Of a DNA stretch of 64,000 nt, positions 35,633-45,471 are shown in pieces. Made by a program: the position numbers and the translations under genes. The notes under the pieces are model-generated. The model saw nothing but the letters and a program-made list of their open reading frames with translations, was not told the DNA's origin and did not search any database. The number at the start of each line of letters is the position of its first letter. Within the stretch, counting starts at the first letter, position 1. This DNA is from Alphaproteobacteria bacterium. Its GTDB lineage: Bacteria; Pseudomonadota; Alphaproteobacteria; GCA-2731375. Location: positions 448,001-512,000 of the forward strand of contig CBDDBZ010000038.1 in assembly GCA_965225945.1 (NCBI GenBank), read 5' to 3'.

Positions 35633-37720
35633 CTACTCGGCGGCTTCCCTGACGCCCGCTTCGACGCGGAGCCAGACGGCGGTGTCGTGGAAGCCGGCGC
35701 CGCCACCGGGCGGCAGGGGGTCCGCGCCGATCAGGTGATTGATCCCCAAGCCGTCGGGAAAATCGCGGTTGGGCCAGACGCCCTCGACGACCAGGGTGCC
35801 CGGGTGCAGCCCATCGAACAGCATCGCGTGCAGCACCACCTCGCCGCGCCGGTTGCCGAGCCGGACCGCCATCCCGTCGGCGATGGCGAGGCGGTCGGCG
35901 TCCTCGGGGTGGATCCTCACCGTCGGTCGCGCCTCCCGCGCGCGCGAGCCCGGGGTCTCGGTGAAGCTGGAGTTGAGGAAACTACGGGCGGGCGGCGCCA
36001 CCATGCGGAAGGGGTGTTCCACCGATGCGCGCTCGATCAGGTCGGCGAAGTCGACCATCTCCGGCAGGCGCTCGGCGTAGGGGCCGAGCGCCGCCCAGTC
36101 GGGCCGGAAGCGGAAGCGGCCACTCGGGTTGGGGAAGCCATTGGTGAAATGGCCTTCGTCGAAGTCTGGCCCCCGCTCGACATAGCCGCGCTTCCAGGCC
36201 GCTTCCGCCGTGCCGAGGCCGGAGGCCTGGAGCGTCGCGTCCACCAGCTCCCAGGCGCTCATGGCGAAGCCCGGATGCGCGGCGCCCAGCCGCTCGGCCA
36301 AGCCGCAAATGACCTCGTGGTTGGCGCGGCACTCCGCGTGGGGCTCCAGCACCCGGCGGCCGACCGTGATCGCGGTGTGGCCGAGGCCGTAATAGATGTC
36401 GTCGTGTTCCAGGAACATCGAGGCCGGTAGCACGATGTCGGCGCACTCGGCGGTCGAGGTCATGAACTGCTCGTGGACGCAAAGGAACAGGTCCTCGCGG
36501 GTCAGGCCGCGCCGCACCAGAGCGCTGTCCGGCGCCACGTTGGCGGAGTTGGCGTTCTGCATCACCATCGCCGTCACCGGCGGCCCGCCCTTCAGCGCCT
36601 CGGGGTCGTTATTGAGCACCGGGCCGATCCGCGCCTGATCCAATAGGCGGACCGAGGAGTCGATGCGATCCGTCGCGTGGGCCAGGCGGAGATCGAGCTT
36701 CCAATTGTCGAGATTGAGGAAGAAGGCGCCGCCGCCCCGGTGCCGCCAGGCCCCGCTCACCGCCGGGAGCGCGGTGACGGCGTGCATGTTGGGGGCGCCG
36801 TTGCGCGAGCGGGTGAAGCCGAAGCCGAGGCGGAGGAAGGCGCGTTCCGTGGCGCCGTAGAGGCGGGCGAAGTCACGGATGGTGTCGGCGTCGAGCCCGG
36901 TGATCGCCGCCGCCCATTCCGGCGTCCGGGCCGCGAGGTGCGCCTCCACGCCCGCGTCGAAATCGCTGTGGCTCGCCAGGAAGTCGCGATCGGCCAGCCC
37001 CTCGGCCAGCATCACCTGCATCATCGCGCAGGCGAGCGCCGCGTCGGTGCCGGGGCGAAGCACGATGGCGACATCGGCCGCCTCGATCGTCGGCGTCCGG
37101 TAGCAGTCGACGACGGCGAGTTTGGCCCCACGCTCCTTCCGCGCGCGCTGAATGTGGCGCATCAGGTTGACTTGGGTGGAGACCGGATTGCCGCCCCAGA
37201 CCACGATCAGGTCGGCGTTTGCGATCTCGCGCGGATCGGTGCCGCGCAACTCCCCGACGCCGGCCCGCCAGCCGGGGTCCGCCGCGCCGACGCAAATCGT
37301 CGTCTTCTGCCGGGAATAGCCCATGACGTTCCTGAGACGATCGAGGCCGTAGCGCTGGATGATTCCCATGGTGCCGCCGGAGTGGTAGGGCCAGACCGCC
37401 TCGCGGCCTTGGCCCCCGGTGGCGCGCACGAAGGCCCCGGCGATCTCGTCGAGCGCCGCATCCCAGGAAATCGGGCGAAATTCGCCGTCGCCCTTGGCGC
37501 CCACGCGTTGCAGCGGCCGCGTCAGGCGGTCCGGGTGATGCACGCGCTCGGCGTAGCGGGCGACCTTGGCGCAGACCACGCCGTCGGTGTAGTCGAAGTC
37601 GCGCGCGCCCCGGACCCGACCGATCCGGTTCCGCGCCAGGCGTTCGACCTCGAGCACACAGGCGCTGGGACAGTCGTGCGGGCAGGCGGTTTTCAGAATT
37701 TCCGGCACGGATGAGGTCAA
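35633..37720 (-). CDS. molybdopterin oxidoreductase (DMSO reductase superfamily, uncharacterised clade)
   Basis: CPHDCPSAC...CAK Fe-S motif, ISWDAALD, RPGTDAALA, ADIVLPA, C-terminal IHPEDA domain; start uncertain. Confidence 0.92.
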   Translation of the reverse strand: MTSSVPEILKTACPHDCPSACVLEVERLARNRIGRVRGARDFDYTDGVVCAKVARYAERVHHPDRLTRPLQRVGAKGDGEFRPISWDAALDEIAGAFVRATGGQGREAVWPYHSGGTMGIIQRYGLDRLRNVMGYSRQKTTICVGAADPGWRAGVGELRGTDPREIANADLIVVWGGNPVSTQVNLMRHIQRARKERGAKLAVVDCYRTPTIEAADVAIVLRPGTDAALACAMMQVMLAEGLADRDFLASHSDFDAGVEAHLAARTPEWAAAITGLDADTIRDFARLYGATERAFLRLGFGFTRSRNGAPNMHAVTALPAVSGAWRHRGGGAFFLNLDNWKLDLRLAHATDRIDSSVRLLDQARIGPVLNNDPEALKGGPPVTAMVMQNANSANVAPDSALVRRGLTREDLFLCVHEQFMTSTAECADIVLPASMFLEHDDIYYGLGHTAITVGRRVLEPHAECRANHEVICGLAERLGAAHPGFAMSAWELVDATLQASGLGTAEAAWKRGYVERGPDFDEGHFTNGFPNPSGRFRFRPDWAALGPYAERLPEMVDFADLIERASVEHPFRMVAPPARSFLNSSFTETPGSRAREARPTVRIHPEDADRLAIADGMAVRLGNRRGEVVLHAMLFDGLHPGTLVVEGVWPNRDFPDGLGINHLIGADPLPPGGGAGFHDTAVWLRVEAGVREAAE

Positions 37721-37888
37721 GGGCGCTCGCTTCCGGTTCGATCTCAAGGTCCCTGGGCGAGGGGACCGCGTTCCACCGCGCATGGTGCCTCCCGGAGCGA
37801 CGGCGCGCAAGCCGCGTTGCCGGCGGCGGCGATTTCGACGACCATCACCGACGAGATTGATTTTGGCGGGAGGCGGGAGGAAGCGGAG

Positions 37889-38716
37889 ATGGCGGAACGC
37901 GCGCGGCTCGACCATGCGGTAATCAAAGTCGGCTTCGAGATGGACACGGCCCAGGCGATCTTCACCGATCTGGGATTCTCGCTGACGAAACGCGGCTATC
38001 ACAGCCTCGGCTCGATCAACCATCTGATGATGTTCGACACCGACTATTTGGAGTTGATCGGCCTCCCCGCCGGGGTCGCGCACGATCGCCCGGATATCTC
38101 CGGCGCGCCGCACGGCATCAACGGCCTCGTCTTCAAGACCGACGATGTCGATCGGACCTTCGCGCATCTACGGGCGCTCGACATGGACGGCGCGGCGCCC
38201 AATGCCTTCAGCCGCCCGGTCACCCTGCCCGACGGCACCTTCGATGCCCGCTTCCGCACGGTGCACGTCCGACCGGATGTGTTTCCCGGCGGGCGGGTCT
38301 ATTTCTGCGAGCATGGAACGCCGGAATTGGTCTGGCGTCCGGAGTGGCAACGCCACGCCAACGAGGCCCGGGCGATGGCGGAGTTCGTCGTGGTCGACGG
38401 CGACGTCGAGGGCGCGGCGCGGCGCTTCGCCCAACTGCTGAATTGCGAAGCCACGGGCGATGCTCGGGTGGCCGATGTCGCCTACCAGGGCGGCCGCATC
38501 CGGGTGATGACGCCTGCCGCCTACGGGGCGCGTTACGGTGCGCTGGCGTCCGCGATGGGGGGGCGGGACTCGATCTTCGGCGCCATCGTCTTTCGCGTCG
38601 CCGATCTGGCGGCGGTCCGTCGCCTCGCCGCCGAGATGGACACGGCGAAGGTCGAGTCCGACCGCGTTGTGATCCGCGAGCCCACGTTCGACAGCGTGCT
38701 GGAGTTTATCGGCTAA
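37889..38716 (+). CDS. VOC / glyoxalase-like family protein
   Basis: LDHAVI, LGF...RGYHSLGSINHL, YLELIG, FCEHGTPELVWRPEWQRHAN. Confidence 0.85.
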   Translation: MAERARLDHAVIKVGFEMDTAQAIFTDLGFSLTKRGYHSLGSINHLMMFDTDYLELIGLPAGVAHDRPDISGAPHGINGLVFKTDDVDRTFAHLRALDMDGAAPNAFSRPVTLPDGTFDARFRTVHVRPDVFPGGRVYFCEHGTPELVWRPEWQRHANEARAMAEFVVVDGDVEGAARRFAQLLNCEATGDARVADVAYQGGRIRVMTPAAYGARYGALASAMGGRDSIFGAIVFRVADLAAVRRLAAEMDTAKVESDRVVIREPTFDSVLEFIG

Positions 38717-38769
38717 CCCCTGATCCGCGCCCCGACGCTCCGGCATGGGCGGCCCGCGCGGCGGCTCGA

Positions 38770-40788
38770 CTAGCCGCCTCGGAGCGACGGGACGACCTTG
38801 CGAAGCTCGACCAGGCCGTCGTCGCGGGTCCGGATCATGTCGAGGCCGCTAGCGCCGAGGTGGAGTGCGTCGCTCTCCTGCCCCTCGGCGATCTGGACCC
38901 AGCCCCGAAGCACCGCGCCCTGCCCGCCGGTGATCTCGACCAAGCCGCCGGCTTCCACCTCGAGGCGCAGGGCGAGGTCCGGGGCCAGACGGAAGATTCT
39001 CTTGACGCCCTCGAAGATCTCCTCGTTCGCCGGCGCCAGCCGGACCAGGACGCGCCTCCCCCGCAACGCCTCTCGCAGCACCTCCGTCGCCCTGCCGTCG
39101 ATCGCGCCCGCGCCGTCCAGCACCACGCCGTAGCGCCGTTGGGCCTCTTCCACCTTCAGGTAGCCCTCGGACACGTCTTCGAGCACGCGATCGGGGGCGC
39201 GTTCCAGCGGATCGCCGGCCCCGCCGCCGCCCGAGGATTCGATCCGGACGATGTCGCCCGGGCGAAGCGGAAAGCCCGAGACCTTGCCGGGCACCGGCGA
39301 AGGCTCGATCACCGCGTCATCGCGCACCACGGTGAAGCGGTTGCCGGCGCCCGGCCCCCCGCCGTCGACGCCGGCCGGCGGCAGCATGTTCTTCTCCGAG
39401 AGCACCGACATCACCGCGCCCTCGCCGAGCACCCGGATGTCGCGGCGCAGGCCCAAGCCGCCCCGGTCGCGGCCGTCGCCACCCTGCCCCTCGCGCAGCT
39501 CGCAGCGCTCGATCCTGAGCGGAAAGAGCGATTCCACCACCTCCGAGGAGTTGATCGAGTTGAAGTCGCCCTCGCTGAAATAGCGGGCGGCGTTGTTGCC
39601 GTCGCCGAAGCCGGAGGCCCCGGTGCCGCCCGCTGGCCATTCGTAGAGCAGGTAGATGCCGTCGCGGTCCGGATTTGGGCCGGAGACATAGACGTGGTTG
39701 CCGCCGCCCTTGTTGTCGCCGGTCGCCATCTCGGGCACCGCCTGGCTCATCGCCGCCGTCACCACCGTGTCCATCAGCGCCTTGCATTCCACCATGCCGC
39801 CGCAGGGCGCCGGATAGCGGGCGTTGATGAAGCTTCGCTCCGGCGCGATCACGGTGATGGCTGCGAAGGCGCCGTGGTTGATCGGCGTCGAGGGATCGAG
39901 GAAGGATTTGACGATGGTGCCGACGGCATTGAGGGCCATGGCGGGGCCGACGTTGGTCGGCCCGTTGGTCTGTGGCGAGGTCCCGGTGAAGTCGGCGGTG
40001 AGCTCCTCGCCCCGGATCGTCAGGCTCAGGCGGACGACCAGCGGGTCCGGGTTGTGGCCGTCGCTCTCGATATAGCCCTCGGCCCGGTAGACGCCGTCGG
40101 GGCAGTCGCGGATCCGCGCCCGCATCAGCGCCTCCGATTTGGCGAAGATGGTCTCGACGTCCGCCATCAGCGCGCCGCCGAAGCGTTCGAACAGGCGCTC
40201 GACATGCTCCGCCGCCTTGCGGCAGGTGCCGAGCATGGTGTTGAAGTCGCCGCGGCGTTCCTGCTGGCCGCGCATGTTGTTGAACATCAGCTCCAGGAAC
40301 GCCGTGTTCATCCGGCCCTTGTGGCAAATCCGCGTCGGCTCGATCCGGATGCCCTCCTGGATGATCTCGTCGACGCGGCCGGAAAGGCTGCCGGGTGTCA
40401 TGCCGCCGACGTCGCCCCAATGACACCGCGCGGCGGCGAACATCACCAGCGCGCCCTGGTGGAAGACGGGATAGAGCATCAGCACGTCGTTCAGGTGCGT
40501 GCCGCCGGTGTAGGGATCATTGTGAAAGAAGATGTCGCCTTCATTGATGTCGCCGGCGAAGGCGCGCGCGACCTCGCGGGTCGAATAGGGCACGGGAAAG
40601 ATGTGGAGGGGATGATCGTCCAGCGATTGCGCCACCTGGCGGCCGTCGGCGCTCATCAAGCCGCAGGAAAAGTCGTGCCCTTCGTATATGATCGAGGAAT
40701 AGGAAGCGTGGATGATGTTGGCCCGCATCTCGTTGACGACGGCGACCAGGGATTCGCGGATTAGCTCCAGGCGGACGGGATCTTCCAT
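38770..40788 (-). CDS. second hydantoinase B / oxoprolinase family protein with C-terminal extension
   Basis: DPVRLE, YSSIIYEGHDFS, NDPYTGGTHLND, HWGDVGG, GGGGAGDP. Confidence 0.93.
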   Translation of the reverse strand: MEDPVRLELIRESLVAVVNEMRANIIHASYSSIIYEGHDFSCGLMSADGRQVAQSLDDHPLHIFPVPYSTREVARAFAGDINEGDIFFHNDPYTGGTHLNDVLMLYPVFHQGALVMFAAARCHWGDVGGMTPGSLSGRVDEIIQEGIRIEPTRICHKGRMNTAFLELMFNNMRGQQERRGDFNTMLGTCRKAAEHVERLFERFGGALMADVETIFAKSEALMRARIRDCPDGVYRAEGYIESDGHNPDPLVVRLSLTIRGEELTADFTGTSPQTNGPTNVGPAMALNAVGTIVKSFLDPSTPINHGAFAAITVIAPERSFINARYPAPCGGMVECKALMDTVVTAAMSQAVPEMATGDNKGGGNHVYVSGPNPDRDGIYLLYEWPAGGTGASGFGDGNNAARYFSEGDFNSINSSEVVESLFPLRIERCELREGQGGDGRDRGGLGLRRDIRVLGEGAVMSVLSEKNMLPPAGVDGGGPGAGNRFTVVRDDAVIEPSPVPGKVSGFPLRPGDIVRIESSGGGGAGDPLERAPDRVLEDVSEGYLKVEEAQRRYGVVLDGAGAIDGRATEVLREALRGRRVLVRLAPANEEIFEGVKRIFRLAPDLALRLEVEAGGLVEITGGQGAVLRGWVQIAEGQESDALHLGASGLDMIRTRDDGLVELRKVVPSLRGG

Positions 40789-40840
40789 GCGTGGCGGCCT
40801 CGCGGGACTTCGAATTGGGCCATCCTAGCGGAGCGGACGG

Positions 40841-40910
40841 AAGGGCCGGCCACCCCCGGTGGCGTGGAGGGGACAAAGGGCCGGCCACCCCCGGTGGCGT
40901 GGAGGGGACA
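40841..40910. repeat. perfect 35-bp tandem repeat x2 in a divergent intergenic region
   Basis: AAGGGCCGGCCACCCCCGGTGGCGTGGAGGGGACA at 40841 and 40876. Confidence 0.92.
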
Positions 40911-40925
40911 AGAGGAGAGGGACGA

Positions 40926-41819
40926 ATGCGAGAAGATTTGCCGGTCTGGCGCTCGATGATGTTCGTGCCGGCGAACGTGGCCAGGTTCGTCGAGAAGGCG
41001 CACACCCGTGGCGCCGACGCCATCATCATCGACCTGGAGGATAGCGTCGTTCCGGCCGAGAAGGCCGCCGCCCGCAAGCTGGTGCCGGAAGTCGCGGCCA
41101 AGGTGAGCCGGGACGGCGCCGACGTCATCGTCCGGATCAACCGGCCCTGGCGCCTGGCGGTGCGCGACATCGAGGCCTCGGTCTCGCCGGCGATCCACAC
41201 GCTCGCGCTGCCGAAGGTGGCGGACGGCGGCCACATCCGCGCCGTCGCCGAGATCTGCGACGAGCTGGAGGCCGAGCGCGCCATGACGCCCGGCCACACC
41301 AAGTTCCTGGCCATGGTGGAAACCACGGACGCCCTCTTCCATGCCCGCGACATCGCCGGCGCCCACGAACGCATCATCGGCATGGTGCTCGGAAGCGAGG
41401 ATTTCGCCCTCGATGCCGGCATGGCGCCGGACGTGGACGGGCTCTATCCGCCGACGCTCGAATGCGTCTTCGCCGCGCGGGCGGCGGGCATCATGCCGCT
41501 GGGCTTCCTCGGCTCGATCGCCAATTTCGGCGATCTCGACGCCTTTCGCGCCCTGATCCAGCGGTCGCGTTCCTTGGGCTTCGTCGCCTCGTCCTGCATC
41601 CACCCCGCTCAGGTGCCAATCCTGAACGAGCTCTACGGACCGAGCCCGGAAGAGGTGGCGCATGCGCGCCGCGTGGTCGATGGCTTCCGCGAGGCCGAGG
41701 CGGCGGGGCGCGGCTCGTTCCAGCTCGACGGCCGGATGATCGACATCCCCGTCGTGGTGCGCGCCGAACGCCTGCTGGCCCGCCACGAGGCGCTGGAGGC
41801 CCGCGCCGCCGCCGACTAG
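40926..41819 (+). CDS. CitE-like / HpcH-HpaI aldolase-citrate lyase family
   Basis: RSMMFVP, DLEDSV, VRIN, LPKV, GSEDF, CIHPAQV, DGRMIDIP. Confidence 0.92.
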   Translation: MREDLPVWRSMMFVPANVARFVEKAHTRGADAIIIDLEDSVVPAEKAAARKLVPEVAAKVSRDGADVIVRINRPWRLAVRDIEASVSPAIHTLALPKVADGGHIRAVAEICDELEAERAMTPGHTKFLAMVETTDALFHARDIAGAHERIIGMVLGSEDFALDAGMAPDVDGLYPPTLECVFAARAAGIMPLGFLGSIANFGDLDAFRALIQRSRSLGFVASSCIHPAQVPILNELYGPSPEEVAHARRVVDGFREAEAAGRGSFQLDGRMIDIPVVVRAERLLARHEALEARAAAD

Positions 41820-41829
41820 GAGGAATCCA

Positions 41830-42633
41830 ATGAGCGAGACCAAGACCGCGCCCCGCGCCTCGGGCTACGCCGCCAACCCGGACTACGACGTCCACTTCGA
41901 GCCCTGCCCGAAGCGGGTCCGTGTCTTCCTCGGCGGCGAGGCGATCGCCGATTCGACCGGGGTGATGCGGATGCACGAGACGGCGCACCTGCCAGTCTAC
42001 TACTTCCCGCGGCCCGACGTTCGCCTCGATCTGCTGAGTCCGAGCGAACATTCGACCTTCTGTCCCTACAAGGGCGAGGCGAGTTACTGGACCATCGGCG
42101 CCGGCGCGCAGCGAGCCGAGAACACGGTCTGGAGCTACCAGCAGCCGTTTCCCGAGACCGCCGAGATACGCGACTACATGGCCTTCTACTGGAATCGCAT
42201 AGACTCCTGGATGGAGGAGGACGAGGAGGTCTTCGTCCACGCCCGCGATCCCTATGTTCGCCTCGACGTGCTGCGAAGCCGGCGCCCGGTGGAGGTCCGC
42301 CATTATGGCCGCGCGCTCGCTCGCAGCGAGAACGCCCTCTTCCTCTTCGAGACCGGTCTGCCGACGCGCTACTATCTGCCGGCCGACGACGTCGACATGA
42401 CCCGCCTCGAGGCGACGGCGACGCGCAGCCGGTGTCCCTACAAGGGCGAGGCGATCCATTGGAGCCTGGTCGACGGCGAGAGCCGCGAGGAAGACCTGGT
42501 CTGGAGCTATCCCGACCCCCTGCCCGAGTGCGCTTCGATCAAGCACCGGCTCTGCTTCCCGCAGGAGCGGGTCGAGGCGATCCTGGTCGACGATGCACCG
42601 ATTGTGCGGCCGACGACGAAGCGGTCCAAGTGA
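41830..42633 (+). CDS. tandem DUF427 domain protein
   Basis: Two copies of (H/F)ET...YY.P...CPYKGEA..W...VWSY. Confidence 0.9.
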   Translation: MSETKTAPRASGYAANPDYDVHFEPCPKRVRVFLGGEAIADSTGVMRMHETAHLPVYYFPRPDVRLDLLSPSEHSTFCPYKGEASYWTIGAGAQRAENTVWSYQQPFPETAEIRDYMAFYWNRIDSWMEEDEEVFVHARDPYVRLDVLRSRRPVEVRHYGRALARSENALFLFETGLPTRYYLPADDVDMTRLEATATRSRCPYKGEAIHWSLVDGESREEDLVWSYPDPLPECASIKHRLCFPQERVEAILVDDAPIVRPTTKRSK

Positions 42634-42646
42634 CGAGACCAGGCTA

Positions 42647-43906
42647 ATGGGCGACGTCGAGGCGGCGGCGCGAGCACTGCTTCGGGCGCTGTTCGACGCG
42701 GCGGTGGCCGCCGCCGACCCGGCCTTGGCGGTGCCGGGGCACCTGCCGCCGCCACCCCGGGGCCGCACGGTCGTCGTCGGCGCCGGCAAGGCGGCGGCCA
42801 GCATGGCGGCTGCGGTGGAGGGGGCATGGGACGGCCGGCTCTCCGGCCTGGTGGTCACCCGTTACGGCCACGCCGTGGCGACGGGCCGAATCGAGGTGGT
42901 CGAGGCCGCCCATCCGGTCCCCGACGCCCGCGGTCGCGATGCGGCCGGCCGGATTCTGCGCCTGGTCCGAGATCTGGGCGAGGACGATCTGGCCCTGGTG
43001 CTGATATCGGGCGGCGCCTCGGCCCTGCTGAGCCTGCCGGCGGACGGCCTGAGCCTGGCGGACAAGCAGGCGGTGAACCGCGATCTCCTGGCCTCGGGTG
43101 CGCCGATCGACGAGATGAACTGCGTCAGGAAGCACTTATCGGCGATCAAGGGTGGCCGGCTGGCCGAGGCGGCGGCGCCCGCGCGGGTGGTGACGCTGGC
43201 GATCTCCGACGTTCCCGGGGACGATCCGGCGGTGATCGGCTCTGGCCCCACGGTGGGCGATCCGACCACGGTGGCGGACGCGAAGCGGATCCTGGCGAAG
43301 TATGCGTTGACACCGCCCCCGGCGGTGCGCGCCTTTCTCGACGGCGGCGCGGCCGAGACGCCGAAGCCGGGCGCCGCCGAGCTCGCCCGGGCGGAGACCT
43401 ATGTGATCGCCGCCCCCGCCATGGCGCTGGAGGCGGCGGCGAAAGTGGCTCGGGCCGCCGGCTACGAGGTCGAGATCCTGGGCGATGCGTTGGAAGGCGA
43501 GGCGCGCGAGCTCGCCGCCGCGCACGCCGCGCTGGCCCGCCGCCGCTCGGGCGAGGCCAACCGGCTGGCCTTGCTGTCGGGCGGCGAGACCACGGTGACG
43601 GTGCGCGGCGAGGGGCGCGGTGGGCGCAACGCCGAATACCTGCTGGGCCTGGCCCTGGCGCTCGACGGCACGCCCGACATCCGCGCCATCGCCTGCGACA
43701 CCGACGGGATCGACGGCACCGAGGACAACGCCGGCGCGGTGATCGACCCCGAGACCGTGGCCCGAGCCCGCGCCCTCGGCCTCGATGCCCGCGCGGCGCT
43801 CGAGCGGAACGATGCCTATTCGATCTTCCAAGCCCTCGGCGACCTGGTCGTCACCGGCCCGACGTTGACCAACGTGAACGACTTTCGCGCCATTCTGGTT
43901 CGCTGA
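42647..43906 (+). CDS. ttuD: glycerate kinase type 2 (MOFRL family)
   Basis: VVGAGKAA, LISGGASAL, RKHLSAIKGG, ISDVPGDD, GGETTV, GGRN, TGPTLTNVND. Confidence 0.92.
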   Translation: MGDVEAAARALLRALFDAAVAAADPALAVPGHLPPPPRGRTVVVGAGKAAASMAAAVEGAWDGRLSGLVVTRYGHAVATGRIEVVEAAHPVPDARGRDAAGRILRLVRDLGEDDLALVLISGGASALLSLPADGLSLADKQAVNRDLLASGAPIDEMNCVRKHLSAIKGGRLAEAAAPARVVTLAISDVPGDDPAVIGSGPTVGDPTTVADAKRILAKYALTPPPAVRAFLDGGAAETPKPGAAELARAETYVIAAPAMALEAAAKVARAAGYEVEILGDALEGEARELAAAHAALARRRSGEANRLALLSGGETTVTVRGEGRGGRNAEYLLGLALALDGTPDIRAIACDTDGIDGTEDNAGAVIDPETVARARALGLDARAALERNDAYSIFQALGDLVVTGPTLTNVNDFRAILVR

Positions 43907-43976
43907 AGCTGGTAAGTTGGCAGCCGAATGGGCGGAGTCGTCGACTCCGTCCCGAATGGTATCGGAGGTCCGGCCG

Positions 43977-45398
43977 ATGCGCCGCCGACGCAATACCAAG
44001 ATCCTCGCCACCCTCGGCCCCGCGAGTTCGTCGCCCGAGACCATCCGCCGCCTGTTCGAGGCGGGCGCGGATGCCTTCCGCCTCAATTTCAGCCACGGCG
44101 GGCCGGAGGATCACGAGGCCCTGGTCGCGATCATCCGCGCCTTGGAAAGCGAGGTCGGCCGGCCGATCGCCATCGTTGCCGACCTGCAGGGCCCCAAGAT
44201 CCGGGTCGGTCGGATGACCGACGGCGGGGCGATGCTGGAAACGGGGAAGCGCTTCCGCCTCGACCTCGAGGCGAATCCGGGCACCAGGCGCCGCGCGCCG
44301 CTGCCGCATCGCGAGGTCTTCGAGGCCCTGCAGCGCGGCCACGAGCTGCTGCTCGACGATGGGCGCATCCGTCTCCGGGTGGAGCGGATCGGCGACGGCT
44401 TCGCCGAAACTCGGGTCATCGTCGGCGGTCGCTTGAGCGACCGCAAGGGCGTCAACCTGCCGGATAGCGTCGTCTCGCTTTCCGCGCTGACGGAGAAGGA
44501 TCGCCGCGATCTCTCGCTGGCGCTGGATCTCGGCGCCGACTGGATCGCCCTCAGCTTCGTCCAGCGGGCCGACGACGTGGCCGAGGCACGCCGTCTGATC
44601 GCCGGCCGCGCGGCGGTGATGGCGAAGATCGAGAAGCCGGCGGCACTCAGCCGGATCGACGACATCGTCGAGCTGGCGGACGCGATCATGGTGGCGCGCG
44701 GCGATCTCGGCGTCGAACTACCGGTGGCCGAGGTGCCGGGGGCACAGAAGCGCCTGGTCCGCCTGGCGCGGCGCATGGGCAAACCGGTCGTGGTGGCGAC
44801 GCAGATGCTGGAGAGCATGGTGCATCTGCCGGTGCCGACCCGGGCCGAGGTTTCGGACGTCGCCACCGCCGTCTACGACGGCGCCGACGCGGTGATGCTG
44901 TCGGCCGAAACGGCGGTGGGCGAGAATCCGGTGGCGGCGGTCGAGGTGATGAACCGGGTGGCGGAGGAGGTGGAGTCGGATCCGCTCCATCGCTCGATCA
45001 TGGACGCGGTGCATTTTGAACCGGAGGCGACGGCCGCCGACGCGATCACGCTGGCCGCGCGCCAAGTCGCGGAGACGATCTCGGCGCGCGCCATCGTCAC
45101 CTATACGACCTCCGGCTCGACCGCGCTCCGCGCGTCGCGCGAGCGGCCGCGGGTACCGATCCTGGTGCTGACGCCGAGGCTCGATACCGCGCGCCGCCTG
45201 TCGCTCGCTTGGGGTCTCCATTGCGTGCGGACGGAGGATGCCAGCGACTTCATCGACATGGTCGACAAAGCCTGCCGATTGGCCCGACGCGAAGCCTTCG
45301 CCGAACCGGGGGAGAGCCTGGTGACCACGGCCGGCGTTCCCTTCGGTACGCCGGGCGCCACCAACACGCTCAGGATCGCCTGGGTCCCCGACGACTGA
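43977..45398 (+). CDS. pyk: pyruvate kinase
   Basis: TKILATLGP, RLNFSHG, DLQGPKIR, AKIEK, MVARGDLGVE, ATQMLESM, MLSAETA. Confidence 0.97.
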   Translation: MRRRRNTKILATLGPASSSPETIRRLFEAGADAFRLNFSHGGPEDHEALVAIIRALESEVGRPIAIVADLQGPKIRVGRMTDGGAMLETGKRFRLDLEANPGTRRRAPLPHREVFEALQRGHELLLDDGRIRLRVERIGDGFAETRVIVGGRLSDRKGVNLPDSVVSLSALTEKDRRDLSLALDLGADWIALSFVQRADDVAEARRLIAGRAAVMAKIEKPAALSRIDDIVELADAIMVARGDLGVELPVAEVPGAQKRLVRLARRMGKPVVVATQMLESMVHLPVPTRAEVSDVATAVYDGADAVMLSAETAVGENPVAAVEVMNRVAEEVESDPLHRSIMDAVHFEPEATAADAITLAARQVAETISARAIVTYTTSGSTALRASRERPRVPILVLTPRLDTARRLSLAWGLHCVRTEDASDFIDMVDKACRLARREAFAEPGESLVTTAGVPFGTPGATNTLRIAWVPDD

Positions 45399-45471
45399 TT
45401 CAGCCACGCGACGGTTGGTCGCGCATCGGTCCCTCGGCTTCGCCGTTCGAAGAAAATTATTTGCCGGCAGC

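Noticed and set aside
40841-40910. 35-bp repeat as a mini-CRISPR
   Set aside because: The copies are adjacent with no spacer, and there are no cas genes
43933-43949. Palindrome CGGAGTCG-T-CGACTCCG between ttuD and pyk
   Set aside because: Single copy with no U-tract; no function can be supported
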